From Octopus sinensis (lineage: Eukaryota), in assembly GCF_006345805.1 (NCBI RefSeq), contig NW_021832559.1:1-60491 (forward strand): a DNA stretch of 60,491 bases, written 5' to 3'. Every line of letters starts with the position of its first letter. Position 1 is the first letter of the stretch. The notes below the pieces were generated by a model. The model saw nothing but the letters and a program-made list of their open reading frames with translations. It was not told the DNA's origin and did not search any database. Below, piece by piece: positions 34,476 through 48,269 of the stretch. The position numbers were made by a program, and so were the translations under genes.

Positions 34476-35069
34476 CAGTAGTTTTATTTTTAAAAGGTGC
34501 TTTCACTTCAATACTGAGCGCAGCCCTGTGTGCCTTGGGTATGTGCTGTGATTTGTTGTGGTGCTCTTATGGTTACTATACTGAAAGTGTTTTGCGTAGG
34601 ATGTGGGCAGTGCCCAGTAGTTCAAATTTCTGTATGTTATATGTGTTTGTAAGTCCTGGTGTTTTTATGTACTTGTCTGAATATTTTTAATCATACCTAA
34701 TGCACCCACTATGATAGGAATTGTTTCTGTTTTTAGATTCCACATTCTGGTTACCTCTAATTCCAGGTCTTTATATTTTGAAAGTTTCTCCATTTCTTTT
34801 AGAGAAACGTTGTCATCTGCTGGTATTGATACATCAATTAGAAAGCATTTTTTTCTTCATGATCTCTGACAACTATATCTGGCATATTGGCCTTAATTTC
34901 TCTATCTGTGTGTATTGGCATATCCCATAGTATGGTTGCTTTCTCGTTTTCTGTGACCCTTTTCTGGCGTGTGCTTATACCATCTTTTTTCTGTTGTTAT
35001 TCCATAGTGTTGGCATAGCCTCCAGTGTATGTAGGTCCCAACTCTGTCGTGTCTGACAATATATTCCTT
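34476..35069 (-). mobile_element. 5'-truncated R4/Dong-clade insertion within (TAA)n
   Basis: KEYIVRHDRVGTYIHW...PDIVVRDHEEKKCFLIDVSIPADDN...PIIVGALG...GTAHILRKTLSV* (stop at 34576-34578). ATT repeats lie on both sides. Confidence 0.9.
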
Positions 35070-35524
35070 TATTATTATTATTATCATCATCATCATCATC
35101 ATTATTAGGAGAGTATTGTAGTTCGCTTGAAGCATTGTGTATTGTCCTCTGTCCTGCTGCACTTGCTCTGGGTGCGTATCCTAATTTGGCACCGAGTGGA
35201 AGTGCTGAATTGTAGTGGACAAACATATCTCTACTGGCTGTTTTCCTGTACCGAGTAAAGGCGGCGAATTGACAGAATCGTTACTGTGCCGGATAAAGTG
35301 CTCAGTCGTATTTCATCCGGCTCTTTAGATTCTGTGTCCAACTGCCACCGAGGTTGACTTTACCTTTCATCATTTCGGGGTTCGATGTATTTGACTTACA
35401 CCCCCTCCTAAAACGGCAGACTTTCAGCCAAAATTTGAAATTACTATCACTATTGTAGCCAAGTCCTCTTTCTCTACCTCCTCTTTTCCTCTTTATCATC
35501 AATATCATCATTATCATCATCACC

Positions 35525-35573
<49 letters not shown>

Positions 35574-35644
35574 ATGCATCATCATTTTTTAATTGCTATT
35601 AAGGTATGTAAATAAAGTATGCTCCGTTGATAATATAAAGATTT

Positions 35645-35937
35645 ACAGAATTCTTCTTCTTCTTCTTCCCCTTCTCCTTCTTCTTCTTCTTCTCTTCTTC
35701 TTCTCATTCTTCCTCCTCCTCTTCTTCTTCTTCTTCTTCTTCTTCTTCTTCTTCTTCTTCATCTTCTTCTCATTCTTCCTCTTCTTCTTCTTCCTCCTCT
35801 TGTTCTTCTCCTCCTCTTCTCCTTCTTCTCCTTCTCCTTCTTCCTCTTGTTCTTCTCCTTCTTCCTCTTCTAATCTCCCTTTCATTCTCTCTTTCCATTT
35901 CTACTTACTATCCATCCATCCATCCATCCATCCATCC

Positions 35938-35980
<43 letters not shown>

Positions 35981-36009
35981 CATCTATCTATCTATCTTCT
36001 ATCTATCTA

Positions 36010-36042
<33 letters not shown>

Positions 36043-36062
36043 CATCCATCCTCCATCCATCC

Positions 36063-36137
<75 letters not shown>

Positions 36138-36157
36138 CATCCATCCATCCACCATCC

Positions 36158-36200
<43 letters not shown>

Positions 36201-36256
36201 CATCTATCTATCTATCATCTATCTATCTATCTATCTTCCATCTATCTATCTATCTA

Positions 36257-36303
<47 letters not shown>

Positions 36304-36779
36304 CATCCATCCATCCATCCATCCATTCCTCTATCTATTTCCCCAATGATATCGTCATCGTCATCGGCTTCTTTTTTCATTTCAGCTTAATTACTCCAAG
36401 ATACATTTCTGACAATAATTCTTAATAACCAGCAACTAAATAATTACCGTTTTACAAATCTTCCATCCATTTTTTTTTTACTTTTATTTTCATTCAGTAT
36501 TGTTACCGCCACACACACACACACACACACACGCACAACACACGCACGCACTCATACACACACACACCACACACACACACACATATACAATACACCCAAC
36601 ACACACACATAGGCATAGATATACACATGTAAATATAGATGGAGAGAGAGAGAGAGTGAAAGAGGTATTTGTGTATTTATATATATATGCACACATATGT
36701 ATATACATATGTATGTATGTATGTATGTATCTATCTATCTATCTATCTATCTAGCTATCTATCTATCTATCTATCTATC

Positions 36780-36845
<66 letters not shown>

Positions 36846-37085
36846 GTGTGTGTGTGTATATATATATGTATGTATGGATATACACGTATATGTATATATA
36901 TATGTATGTATATATATATATATATATGTGTATGGATGTATATGTATATATATATATATGTATGTAGATATATATATATATATATGTATATAAATATACA
37001 CATATGTATGTATATATATATATGTATATATGTATGTGTGCATATATGTATGTGTGTATGTATGTATGTATGTATGTATGTATAA
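35645..37085. repeat. Compound microsatellite block: (CTT)n, (TCTA/TCCA)n, (CA)n, (TA/TG)n
   Basis: Direct reading. Confidence 0.97.
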
Positions 37086-37519
37086 TCTCTCTAAACGCCA
37101 TTATTAAAATTCACTAATTTAATTTCTATGCCATTCATTTAGTTTTTTCTCTTATGGCGAATGAAGGTCAGGGGAGGTCATCCCGCCGAAAGAGATTCAT
37201 TTCAAAGCAAAACTGAGCTCAATTAAATGATGACAGAAAAGAATCATCAGCGGAACACACGGATCTAATTAGATGAGAGACAGAAAGTTTATTTTCATTT
37301 TCTTTTAGACATTGCTTCGTCTTTTTATTATATATATATATATATATCCATCGCCATTGGTGAGCAATGACGACATCGGCTAAAGGTTTCCTACAGGATA
37401 GTCAAAACCCAAATAATAGTCAAAATTGCAAAAAGGTCCTCTCTTCTGTGCATCCCACGCTTCAAATATACATTTTTAGATAAGTTAGGCAAGGCTGTGT
37501 AGTAAGAAGCTTGCGTCTT

Positions 37520-38300
37520 AAGGTGGCGAGCTGGCAGAAGCGTTAGCGTGCCGGGCGAAATGCTTAGCGGTATTTCGTCTGCCGTTACGTTCTGAGTTCA
37601 GATTCCGCCGAGGTCGACTCTGCCTTTCATCCTTTCGAGGTCGATAAATCAAGTATCAGTTACGCACTGGAATCGATATAATCGACTTAATCCGTTTGTC
37701 TGTCCTTGTTTGTCCCCTCTGTGTTTAGCCCCTTGTGGGTAGTAAAGAAATAGGTATTTCATCTGTCTTTGCGTTCTGAGTTCAGATTCCGCCGAGGTCG
37801 ACTCTGCCTTTCATCCTTTCGAGGTCGATAAATTAAGCATCAATTCCGCACTGGGGTCGATGTAATCGACTTAATCTGTTTGTTTGTCCCCTCTTTGCTT
37901 AGCCCCTTGTTGGCAATAAAGAAATAAGAAGCTTGCTCCCCAACCACATGGTTCTGGGTTCAGTCCCACTGCGTGTCACTTTGAGCAAGTGTCTTCTGTT
38001 ATAGCCCCGGGGCGACCAAAGCTTTGTGAAAAGATTTAGTAGACAGAAACTGAAAGAAGCACGTCACGTCGTATATATGTATATATCTATGTGTTAGTGC
38101 ATCTTTGAGTTTATCTTTGTTCCCCATCGCCGCTTGATAACGGTGCTGTTTTCTTTTCATCCCAATAATGAAGCAGTTTGGCAAAAGGGAACCGACAGAA
38201 TAAGCACCAAACTCCAGAATATGTACTGAGGCTAATTCATTCGTTTAAACCCCTCAAGGCGATATCCAAACATAACTGCAGCCTAATGACCGAGACGGCA
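37520..38300 (+). mobile_element. Two-module SINE-A (37520-37927) followed by a degenerate SINE-B
   Basis: Family motifs are recognisable. Confidence 0.82.
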
Positions 38301-38789
38301 AAATGTTGAGAGTTTAACATGCTATATTTATAAAAAAACAATGCAGCATTTGACGGGCACCGATAAAGTATGGTGTAACGTTGAGTTTTCGGTGAACCAA
38401 GCGCTCAATCCGATTTCAGTTTCAAGTTTAAAGTGGAAATCTATATGATTTTTATTTTTAAAATAAGACATTTTTTTTTTTGTATTTTATCAAGTTTGGA
38501 ATTCCAATAGATCGATTTTTGTATTTCATCTTTGGTCCGTTCATTCTAAATCTACAGATACCTAGTTTTGTAGTGTAAGGACATTTGTAAAATAAAATGA
38601 ATTTTATGTGCCGAAAGGAGGGAATTGAATTCTAACGACATTTCGAGTAAGGTACTTCTACGAAGAAACTTTTGTAGGAGTGATGAGGATGAACAATTTC
38701 TCTATACTGCCCTCAGTGTCAAATTGAGATGTAAGCTAAACCGGGGATCCATTCATCTTCATCTTCTTCATCTTCTTTTTCTTCGTCTC

Positions 38790-39123
38790 CCCTTACTTCA
38801 TCATCATCATCATCATCACCACCACCACCACCACCACCACCACCACCATCACCATCATCATCATCATCATCGTCGTCACCATCACCACCATCATCATCAT
38901 CACCATCATCACCATCACCACCACACCACCACCACCACCACCACCACCATCACCACCACTATCATCATCATCATCGTCACCACCATCATCATCACCACCA
39001 CCACCACCACCGCCGCCACCGCCACCACCCACCACCACCACCATCACCACCACCGCCACCACCACCACCACTACCATCACCACCAACACCACCACCACCA
39101 CCACCACCATCACCACTATCATC

Positions 39124-39155
<32 letters not shown>

Positions 39156-39175
39156 CATCGTCATCATCGTCATCA
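38790..39175. repeat. (CAC)n/(CAT)n microsatellite
   Basis: Direct reading; source of the poly-His ORF. Confidence 0.97.
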
Positions 39176-39714
39176 CCTGTTCTTTCGCTTTATCTTCTTA
39201 CATATATTCCACCCTGTCTGTATATTTACTCGTGCTCGTTGTTTACAGACGCCTCGCAAATCAATGTCAAAAGGCTGGGCTTCTTTACGAATCCGTCATT
39301 GTCACTCTTTTCATTAATATTATATTAATATCTGATCGTCGACCCCGACTCGTATTGTTTTTATCATAGTGACATCTTTGTCGTCAGCTTTTTTCATTTG
39401 CGGTTGCAGATGTTCGACTTTCGCCATTTTTATTTTCATTTTTTTCCCCCATCGTCTCCTTCCATTTCCTTCTTTCGTGTACTTTGAAACAACCCCCACC
39501 GACCTCCAGGACCCTCCTCTAACTAAACCCGATTTTCACTTATTTCTGTCTCCTCTTCCCTCACCCCCACCCATTCGTCTTCTCCCACCTCCTGCCTTCG
39601 TCTTGCAAGTCGTACACGGCTGTCTAACCTTTCATCTGTGAAAATTCAACAAGTACAAACACCTTGTTCATGGCATCAGAAGGAAAATTTTCTCTATAAA
39701 ACTGCTGTTACAAA

Positions 39715-39758
<44 letters not shown>

Positions 39759-39762
39759 ACAC

Positions 39763-39805
<43 letters not shown>

Positions 39806-40094
39806 GCATATGTAACACATACAGAGACAGATGTACGCGTGTGTGTATGCGCGCTTAAACATGTATAATAGACATACGAAACATATGTACAAACGTTTGT
39901 TACATTCATGTATTAATACATATATTGATTTCAAATTCTGGCACAAGGCCAGCAATTTGGGTTGGAATGGGGGTGGGGTGGGCAAGTCGACTGTATCAGC
40001 CCCAGTACTCAGCTGGTACTTATTGCATCGACTCCCTAAAGGATAAAAAGCAAAGTCGGCTTCAGTAGAACTTGCATGTGTTAATATGTTATAT

Positions 40095-40950
40095 TCTTTT
40101 CTATTCTAGACACAAGGCCCGAAATTTTGGGTAAGAGGGCCAGTCGATTAGATCCACCACAGTACGTAACTGGTACTTAATTTGTCGACTCCGATAAGAT
40201 GAAAGGCAAAGTCGATCTCGGCGGAATTTCAGCTCATAACGTAAAGACAGACGAAATACTGCTAAGCTTTTCACCCGGCGTGCTAACGTTTCGTATTTCT
40301 TTATTGCTCACAAGGGGCTAAACATAGAGGGGACAAACAAGGACAGACAAACGGATTAAGTCGATTACATCGACCCCAGTGCGTAACTGGTACTTAATTT
40401 ATCGACCCCCGAAAAGATGAAAGGCAAAGTCGACCTCGGCGGAATTTGAACCCAGAACATTCACACAGACGAAATACCTATTTCTTTATTACCCACAAGG
40501 GGCTAAACATAGAGGGGACAAACAAGGACAGACAAAGGTATTAAGTCGATTGCATCGACCCCAGTGCGTAACTGGTACTTAATTTATCGACCCCGAAAGG
40601 ATGAAAGGCAAAGTCGACCGCGGCGGAATTTGAACTCAGAACGTAACAGCAGACGAAATACTGCTAGGCATTCCGCCCGGCATGCTAACGTTTCTACCAG
40701 CTCGTCGCCTTTAATATATTATATCAATAATCAACAGAGGACGGCGAGCTGGTAGAGTTGTTAACATGCCGGGGAAAATGTTTAGCGGCATTTCGTCCGT
40801 CTTTACATTTCTGAGTTCAATTTCCACCGCGGTCTACTTTAATTTTTATCCATTTGGGGGTCAATAAAATAAATACCAGTTGAGCACGGGGGTTGTTGTA
40901 ATCGACTTAACCCATTCAACCAAAATTTGAAACCAGGAATCAAAGAAATA
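40095..40950. mobile_element. SINE-A cluster: multimer at 40095-40710 (-) and a degenerate copy at 40742-40950 (+)
   Basis: Family motifs are recognisable. Confidence 0.85.
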
Positions 40951-41204
40951 GGGCCGCAAGCTAGCGGAATCATTAGTGCGTCGGACAAAATGCTTCGTGG
41001 AATTTTTTCCAGTTCTTTACGTTCTGAGTTCAAATGCCACCGAAATCGATGTAATCGACTTACCCACTTAATGGTTCTCAATTGAGGTCTACATGACACT
41101 TCGGGGTTCATATAAGATTTAGTTGTTAAAATGCATGCGCAATAAATTGATTACACCTATAATACACTAAATATTTTAAAAATATTTTAATGCAATTATA
41201 TTTA

Positions 41205-41348
41205 GGCATGGCTGTGTGGTAAGTGGCTTGCTTACCACCCACATGGTTCCGAGTTCAGTCCCACTGCGTGGCACCCTCTTCTATAGCCTCGGGCCGACCA
41301 AATCCTTATGAGTTGATTTGGTAGACGGAAACTGAAAGAAACCCGTCG

Positions 41349-41408
<60 letters not shown>

Positions 41409-41612
41409 GGTATTTGTGTGTCTCTGTTTGTCCCCACAACATCGCTTGAAAACTGAAACTGGTGTGTTCACGTCCACGTAACTTAACGGTTCGGCAAAAG
41501 CGACCGGTAGAATAAGTACTAGGCTTACAAGGAATAAGTCCTAGGGGCGACTTGCTCGACTAAAGGTGGTGCTCCAGCATGGCCGCAGTCAAGTGACTGA
41601 AACAAAACAAAA
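41205..41612 (+). mobile_element. SINE family B
   Basis: Family head and tail are present. Confidence 0.88.
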
Positions 41613-41791
41613 AAAAAAAACGATTATAAAAATACAATAGGATATTTCAAACATGGAACGTTTCTGAGGGTCAATCCGAGTGGAATATGAATCAAAGGGG
41701 ACCACAAGCAAAAACTGGTCGAGATGTACTAGATTAGCCCCTTCCCCCAAAATTTTAGGCCTTGTCCTTTGTTATAGAAAGGGTTTATAAT

Positions 41792-42120
41792 AGGAGCACT
41801 CCGTCGCTTACGACGACGAGGGTCCCAGTTGATCCGATCAACGGAACTGCTTGCTCGTGAAATTAACGTGCAAGTGGCTGAGCAATCCACAAACATGTGT
41901 ACCCTTAATGTAGTTCTCAGGGACATTCAGCGTGGCATAGAGTGTGACAAGGCTGGCCCTTTTTGAAATACGGGTACAACTCATTTTTGCCAGCTGAGTG
42001 GACTGGATCAACATGAAATAAAGTGTCTTGCTAAAGGACACAACACGTCGCTGGGAATCGAACTCACAACCTTACGATCATGAGCCGAATGCCCTAACCA
42101 CTAAGCCACGCGCCCTCACA
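41792..42120 (-). mobile_element. SINE family D (head 2, middle D, tail 1)
   Basis: Flanked by the imperfect direct repeat ATAGAAAGG.TT.ATAAT at 41774-41791 and 42121-42138. Confidence 0.85.
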
Positions 42121-42140
42121 ATAGAAAGGATTAATAATTG

Positions 42141-42446
42141 TTGTTTGTTCCTTCTCGAGCCATACCTGGCTCACAAGGGCCGGTCTTCCGGTTGCCTTGC
42201 CGTATAGGTTCCCCACCTGGACCGGACGCCGGTCCGCCGCAGGTGAGCTGCAAGATGCAGGAGGAAAGAGTGAGAGAAAGTTGTGGCAAAAGAGTCAGCA
42301 GAAGCTCGCCATTACCTTCTGCCGGAGCCGCGTGGAACTCAGGTGTTTCGCTCATAAACACACACATTGCCCGCTCTGAGATTCGAACCCGCGATCCCTC
42401 GACCGCGAGTCCGCTGCTCTAACCACTAGGCCATGTGCCTCCACTT
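42141..42446 (-). mobile_element. SINE family C with tail 2
   Basis: TSD GATTAATAATTG at 42129-42140 and 42447-42458. Confidence 0.9.
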
Positions 42447-43757
42447 GATTAATAATTGATGAAACACTCCGCTGTTAATTTTCACCTTAACGCCATTATC
42501 ACATAGACTTCAGTGTTATGCATTTATACTTTGTTAATTAACTCCAGAATTGAAATAAATTAATATAATCAAATCGATTGTGCTAATTATAATGTCAAGT
42601 TCACTGTACATCTGCCTCAGCTACGGTAATTTACTTCATGTCTATTATAATTGCAATGTAATTATCGTTGTAATTAACAGGGCGACACTTTGTTTGGTAG
42701 TAGCAAGCAACACTTGACACAGGAGCGCGTTGATGGTGGCTTGCTAACCTGTCGTTGTTGTTCTGTAGCCCTAGGCCAAACCCGATCCAGCTGACCTGTG
42801 ACACATATGATTTATTTATTTATAATTTTTTTTTTTTACGATTTGACGGTCGTTCTCAGCATTTTTTCAGCTCGAGGCTACAGTAGAAGACACTTGCCCA
42901 AGGTGCCACGCAGTGGGACTGAACCCGGAACCATGTGGTCGGTAAGCAAGCTACTTACCACACAGCCACTCCTGCGCCCTCAAATAATTAAATAAAAGAT
43001 GGGTTTATAGTCTGAGATATATCTTTTTCCTTTTACTGTTTGCAGTCAGTGGGTTGCGGCCATGCTGGGGCACCACCTGGAAGGGTTTAGTCGAACAAAT
43101 CGACCCCAGCAGATATTTTTATGTTTTGTGCTTATTCTCTTGGTCTGATTTGCCGAAGCGCTAAGTTTCGGGAACGTAAACGAACCAACACCAGTTGTCA
43201 AATAATATTGAAGTAACAAACACTAACACAAATACACGCACACACTCATACATACATACATACATACATACATACATACATACATACATACATACATACA
43301 TACATACATACATACATACATACATACATACATAGTTCAAATTTATAGAAAAACAAAAGACAGGTGTAGGAACAATAAGCAGGTGTATTAGTTTGACACT
43401 CGGGAAAAATGGAGTATATATATGTGTGTGTTTGTGTGTGAATGTGTGTGTGTGTGTATAATAGAAATATGTTACAAAAATAAAATAGAAACTACACGTG
43501 GAAATGTAAGGGGAAAATAGGAAGAAAATAAGCGAAAATGCACATTGGATATCAAAAAGAGTAAAGGCTTTTTAATCGATGTGCATTCAAAGCAATGATT
43601 AGTAATTTATGAAACCGGTATGCTTTTGAATCTCTTTAACAATTCACAATAATGACTTTTATTACTTTTATTCCTACCTCAGTTCATCTAATTGTATATA
43701 TCTGTCGTTACTTTTCATAAAAAGCCTTTACTTTTTTTTATTTCCAATGTGCATTTT

Positions 43758-43794
<37 letters not shown>

Positions 43795-44124
43795 GTATTT
43801 ACAACGGGCTTCCACACAGTTTCCGTCTATCAAATTTACTCGCAAGGCATTGGTCGGTCCAGGGCTGTAATAGAAGATTACTGCCCGCAGATGCCACGCA
43901 GTGGGACCGAACACGAAACCACATAGTTGCAAAGCTAGCTTCTTAACCACACACCTATACCTTTGCCTTGTGGCCATGCTGATGTTCAGAGGGGAAAAAT
44001 TTAAGAGGTGGTCACGGCTAGAATGATTTTGATCAAAGTTCTGTTCGAGCAGAGCTGGACAGAAATTGAACGACAATAAAAAATACGGAAGCTGAATCTT
44101 CCTTAACTCGCCCCTTAGTACCTT

Positions 44125-44378
44125 GAAAAAAAAAGAGAAAATGAAACCGAAAGTCCCATTAGACGATGTAGTTTTAGATACTTCTCCTGCAAATAAGAAA
44201 ATACAGTTGGATGGTCACGGATGGAATAGCTTTGATCAGAGGTCTGATCGATCAATGCCCAGAAGAAAAAAAAGAGAAAATGAAACCGAAAGTCCCATTA
44301 GACGATGTAGTTTTAGACATGTCTCCTGCAAATAAGAAAATGCAGTTGGATGGTCATGGATGGAATAGCTTTGATCAG
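44125..44378 (+). repeat. Tandem duplication of about 143 bp, 2 copies
   Basis: AAAAAAAGAGAAAATGAAACCGAAAGTCCCATTAGACG...GCTTTGATCAG occurs at about 44127 and 44269. Confidence 0.92.
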
Positions 44379-44702
44379 CAGCAACATCAACAACGATAAT
44401 CGTTTAATCATGAAATTGGGGTGAAAGCAAGTGTGAAAATATCCACTTAGCACAAAGATGAAAATACGAATTAGTAAGTTTGCACTGGATAATCTCTGTG
44501 TGTTTATTGTAAATATTTGTTGTTGTGTGACTGGGCAAAGGAGACCGGGTAAAGCAGAAGGGGTGGTCCCGTCGTAGGTCCATGAGTACTGAGGGAGCCG
44601 AGTTTATTATCATAATTAATAAGACGAATAAAGGAGAATAATAGGGATCTGTGGAAGGAGGAGGAGGAGATAAATCATAAACACGACATTGAAACAGTTG
44701 AC

Positions 44703-44761
<59 letters not shown>

Positions 44762-45094
44762 TCACACACACACACACACACGGGTATCATATGTTATGTA
44801 TATGTGTGTGTATGTGTACGTGTGTGTGTGTGTGCATTTGTGTGTATAATTCTTTTTCTATGACTATTAGCACTGCCACACACCTAGTCAAACTCACTCC
44901 TCCTCCTCCTCCTCTGTATTAATGTCTGTCTGTCTGTTTGTCTATCTGTGTCTCTCCCGTCCGTGTGTGTGCGTACGTGTGTGTGTGTGTATGTGTGTAC
45001 GTGTGTGTGTAAACAAGAGAGAATATCCAAGTTCATATCCAAATTGAATTTATATATGTGTGTGTTGCATGTTTATGTGTGTGAGTGTATTATA

Positions 45095-45141
<47 letters not shown>

Positions 45142-45181
45142 GTATTATATATATACAATATGTATCTATATAATATATATA

Positions 45182-45214
<33 letters not shown>

Positions 45215-45458
45215 AGCGTATTCGTGTGTGTGTGATTGTATTATATATATATATGTGTGTGTGAGTGTGTATTATATATATATGCATTATATATATATAT
45301 ATATTTGCCCACACGCATACATACACACACTTCACCACACACACACACACATACACACACACACATATATATATATATATAGATATATACATATACACAT
45401 ATATATACATAAATATATGTATACACAAACACACACACTTGCATACACACACACACAT

Positions 45459-45500
<42 letters not shown>

Positions 45501-45911
45501 ACACATATCAGTTCGACCCTCTCAAAGTATACGTGTTTCTATATGTTATACGTATGTACGCATATGTACGTGTGAGTGTGTGTATGCCCGCGCATGTGTA
45601 TGTGTGTATATGTGTGTGTGTGTCCCCGTTTTCCCGTCACTCAGGTGTGGCGAAATGACCGTCCACCGGCGCCAAAAACCCCTCCTGCCCTCACCCGTCC
45701 TATAATATTGACCATAGAGACTGCCCTCAGCGCGCACTGTCATCGTTATAGGTTTGTTAACTTAATCCTGTTAGACATCTCAATTTCACTCAACCATCCC
45801 GGCTTCCCTTCTTTCCTTCCATTTATCCCTGCCTTACCTTTTAATCTTCTCCCTTTTCTTCTTCTTCGTTCTTTATTTATTTCGTTTGTTACTATATCTT
45901 ACCTGTATTTT

Positions 45912-47647
45912 AGGCGGCGAGCTGGCAGAAACGTTAGCACACCGGGCGAAATGCTTTGCGGCATTTCGTCTGCCGCTACGTTCTGAGTTCGAATTCCGCC
46001 GAGGTCGACTTTGCCGTTCATCCTTTCGGGGTCGATAAATTAAGTACCAGTTACGCACTGGGGTCGATATAATCGACTTAATCTGTTTGTCTGTCCTTGT
46101 TTGTCCTCTCTGTGTTTGGCCCTTTGTGGGTAATAAAGAAATAGGTATTTCGTCTACCCCTACGTTCTGTGTTCAAATTCCACCGATCTCGACTTTGCCT
46201 TTCATCCTTTCGGGGTCGATAAATTAAGTACCAGTTACGCACTGGTGTCGATATAATCGACTTAATCCGTTTGTCTGTCTTTGTTTATCCTCTTTGTGTT
46301 TAGCCCCCTGTGGGTAGTAAAGAAATAGGTATTTCGTCTGCAGCTACGTCCTGAGTTCAAATTCGGCCGAGGTCGATTTAGTCTTTCATCCTTTCGGGGA
46401 CGATAAATTAAGTACCAGTTTCGCACTGGTGTCGATATAATCGACTTAATCCGTTTGTCGGTCCTTGTTCGTCCCCTCTGTGTTTAGCCCCTTGTGGGTA
46501 GTAATGAAATAGGTATTTCGCCTGCCGCTGTGTTCTGAGTTCAAATTCCGCCGAGGTCGACTTTGCCTTTCATCCTTTCGGGGTCGATTAAATAAGTACC
46601 AGTTTCGCACTGGGGTCGATATAATCGACTTAATCCGTTTGTCTGTCCTTGTTTGTCCCTCTATGTTTAGCCCCTTGTGGGTAGTAATGAAATAGGTATT
46701 TCGCCTGCCGCTGTTCTGAGTTCAAATTCCGCCGGGCGACTTTGCCTTTCATCCTTTCGGGGTCGATTAAATAAGTACCAGTTTCGCACTGGGGTCGTAT
46801 AATCGACTTAATCCGTTTGTCTGTCCTTGTTTGTCCCTCTATGTTTAGCCCGCCCCTTGTGGGTAGTAAAGAAATAGGTATTTCGTCTGCTGCTACGTCC
46901 TGAGTTCAAATTCTGCCGAGGTCGATTTAGTCTTTCATCCGTTCGGGGTCGAAAAATTAAGTACCAGTTACGCACTGGGTTCGATATAATCGACTTAATT
47001 CGTTTGTCTGTCCTTGTTTGTCCTCTCTGTGTTTAGCCCCTTGTGGGTAGTAAAGAAATAGGTATTTCGTCTGTCTTTAAGTTCTGAGTTCAAATTCAGC
47101 TGAGGTCGACTTTGTCATTCATCCTTTCAGGGACAATAAATTAAGTACCAGTTGCGTACTGGGGTCGATGTAACCGACTGACCTCCTCCCCCAAAATTTG
47201 GGGCCTTGTACCTAGAGTAGAAAAGAATATCTAAATACATTTTAAGGCGACGAGCTGGCAGAAACGTTAGCATGCCGGGCGAAATGCTTAGCGGTATTTC
47301 GTCTGCCGTTACGTTGTGAGTTCAAATTCCGCCGAGGTCGACTTTGCCTTTCATCCTTTCGGGGTCGATAAATTAAGTACCAGTTACGCACTGGGGTCGA
47401 TGTAATCGACTTAATACCTATGTCTGTCCTTGTTTGTCCCCTCTGTGTTTAGCCCCTTGTGGGTAATAATGAAATAGGTATTTCGTCTGTTTTTACGTTC
47501 TGAGTTCAAATTCCGCATGAGGTCGAGTTTGCCTTTCATCCTTTCGGGGTCGATAAATTAAGTACCAGTTGCGTACTGAGGTCGATATAATCGACTGGTC
47601 CCCTCTCCCAAAATCTCGGGCCTTATTCCTAGAGTAGAAAAGAATAT
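45912..47647 (+). mobile_element. SINE-A multimers: head plus 7 modules (period about 184 bp), then head plus 2 modules
   Basis: The AAATAGGTATTTCG junction recurs at about 46141, 46325, 46509, 46692, 46874 and 47058; a second head starts at about 47245. Confidence 0.93.
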
Positions 47648-48197
47648 TAAGTTATTTTCTATTTCATTTCATTTCACTTCATTTTTCATAAATCAATTCT
47701 GATTGTGCAAGTCTGCATATGTGTGTGTGTGTGTGTATGCGCCTGTATGTGTGTGTGTATGTGTGTGTATGTGTGTGTATCCGTGTGTATGCGTATGTGT
47801 GTGTATGTGTGTATATGTGTGTGTATGTGTGTATGTGTATGTGTATATGTGTATGTGTGTATGCGTGTGTATGTGTATGTGTGTATGTGTGTTTATGTGT
47901 GTGTGCGTGTATGTGTCTGCGGGTATGTGTGTGTGTTTACAAGTAATTTCTCGCTCGTAGCCTCTACGTCGTCCCTCCCAACATGCGCATCAATCGCCCA
48001 CTCTACCTCCCCGCTCTTTCTCTCGCACACACGCACGTTCTTTTCTCCTTTTACTGGCTCCAATCATCGGACTACGGCCATACTGGAGCATTGTATTGAA
48101 GGGCTTAGTCGCTCAGATCGAACCCAGTATTAATACTTTTTCAGTTTGGTACTTTATCCCCCCTCTCTCTCACTATCTATCGATCTCTCTATAATCG

Positions 48198-48261
<64 letters not shown>

Positions 48262-48269
<8 letters not shown>

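Noticed and set aside
35593-36390. 265-aa ORF, plus similar ORFs at 28394, 49341 and 58305
   Set aside because: All derive from simple repeats.
38625-39317. 230-aa poly-His/poly-Thr ORF
   Set aside because: It derives from a (CAC/CAT)n tract with no recognisable domain or splice structure.
44123-44399. Protein-like duplicated peptide KMKPKVPLDDVVLD.SPANKK
   Set aside because: It is a 143-bp tandem duplication with a frame change between copies and no splice or domain evidence.
45912-47647. Regularly spaced repeats superficially like a CRISPR array (also 54701-56112)
   Set aside because: The whole unit repeats with no unique spacers, the unit is a SINE segment, and the context is eukaryotic with no cas genes.
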